From IMG/VR virus record IMGVR_UViG_2541047805_000004: a stretch of DNA of 16,123 nucleotides; one strand, written 5' to 3'. Source of the stretch: a virus. Taxonomy: Duplodnaviria > Heunggongvirae > Uroviricota > Caudoviricetes. Shown in pieces: positions 15,578 through 16,123 of this stretch (the first letter of the stretch is position 1; every line of letters starts with the position of its first letter). The notes under the pieces are model-generated. The model was not told where the DNA came from. It searched no databases and was given only the letters and a program-made list of their open reading frames with translations. The position numbers were made by a program, and so were the translations under genes.

Positions 15578-16123
15578 CAGAGATCAAGACTTACGGCTGA
15601 CGAATACCTGAAAATTTATCAAGCAGCAGAATCATCACCATGTTGGCTCAGACTTGCAATGGAACTGGCTGTTGTTACCGGGCAACGAGTTGGTGATTTA
15701 TGCGAAATGAAGTGGTCTGATATCGTAGATGGATATCTTTATGTCGAGCAAAGCAAAACAGGCGTAAAAATTGCCATCCCAACAACATTGCATGTTGATG
15801 CTCTCGGGATATCAATGAAGGAAACACTTGATAAATGCAAAGAGATTCTTGGCGGAGAAACCATAATTGCATCTACTCGTCGTGAACCGCTTTCATCCGG
15901 CACAGTATCAAGGTATTTTATGCGCGCACGAAAAGCATCAGGTCTTTCCTTCGAAGGGGATCCGCCTACCTTTCACGAGTTGCGCAGTTTGTCTGCAAGA
16001 CTCTATGAGAAGCAGATAAGCGATAAGTTTGCTCAACATCTTCTCGGGCATAAGTCGGACACCATGGCATCACAGTATCGTGATGACAGAGGCAGGGAGT
16101 GGGACAAAATTGAAATCAAATAA
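15578..16123 (+). pseudogene. int: Lambda-like tyrosine integrase, C-terminal catalytic-domain fragment (N-terminal arm- and core-binding domains deleted)
   Basis: From about 15580 to the stop at 16121-16123 the translation (RSRLTADEYLKIYQAAESSPCWLRLAMELAVVTGQRVGDLCEMKWSDIVDGYLYVEQSKTGVKIAIPT...HELRSLSARLYEKQISDKFAQHLLGHKSDTMASQYRDDRGREWDKIEIK) matches my recollection of about the last 180 residues of lambda Int, including the catalytic R-H-R-Y region. The upstream part of the track ORF (15224-15577) is antisense to O and IS sequence and has no Int similarity. Confidence 0.85.

Noticed and set aside
1-16123. CRISPR arrays or other long direct-repeat arrays
   Set aside because: No repeat-spacer periodicity is visible anywhere. 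The only tandem repeat is the short heptamer at 1365-1390.

Overview
This window is a defective, mosaic lambdoid prophage of the E. coli DLP12 type, with the phage late direction on the minus strand. Reading from high to low coordinates: a truncated lambda-like int (C-terminal catalytic half only, + strand, ending at the window edge), a ~140-bp IS3-family transposase remnant, a 5'-truncated O gene that keeps only the ori AT-rich region and the C-terminal domain, then intact P and ren. Next comes a low-GC cargo block (emrE, large serine recombinase ybcK, PEBP-family ybcL, AraC-family ybcM) and a nin-region remnant (ylcH-like, ninB/ybcN, ninE, ybcO, rusA, ylcG-like). This is followed by Q, an intact OmpC-family porin on the opposite strand in the Q-S moron slot, a phage-21-type lysis cassette (pinholin, SAR endolysin, Rz/Rz1), a Rha-family regulator, ybcV and ylcI-like genes, an intact lambda-type cos site with Nu1, and a truncated terminase large subunit. 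Beyond the terminase breakpoint lies a low-GC gene whose product carries all four signature motifs of a GT8-family (LgtC/RfaJ-like) glycosyltransferase; this is the least expected gene in the window. The repressor, N, cro, recombination and all structural genes are absent. Other candidates for follow-up are a 50-bp element with perfect 13-bp inverted-repeat arms downstream of the serine recombinase, and overlapping convergent signals between the porin terminator and the predicted late promoter. All homology calls rest on reading the translations against remembered protein families; none was checked by database search.
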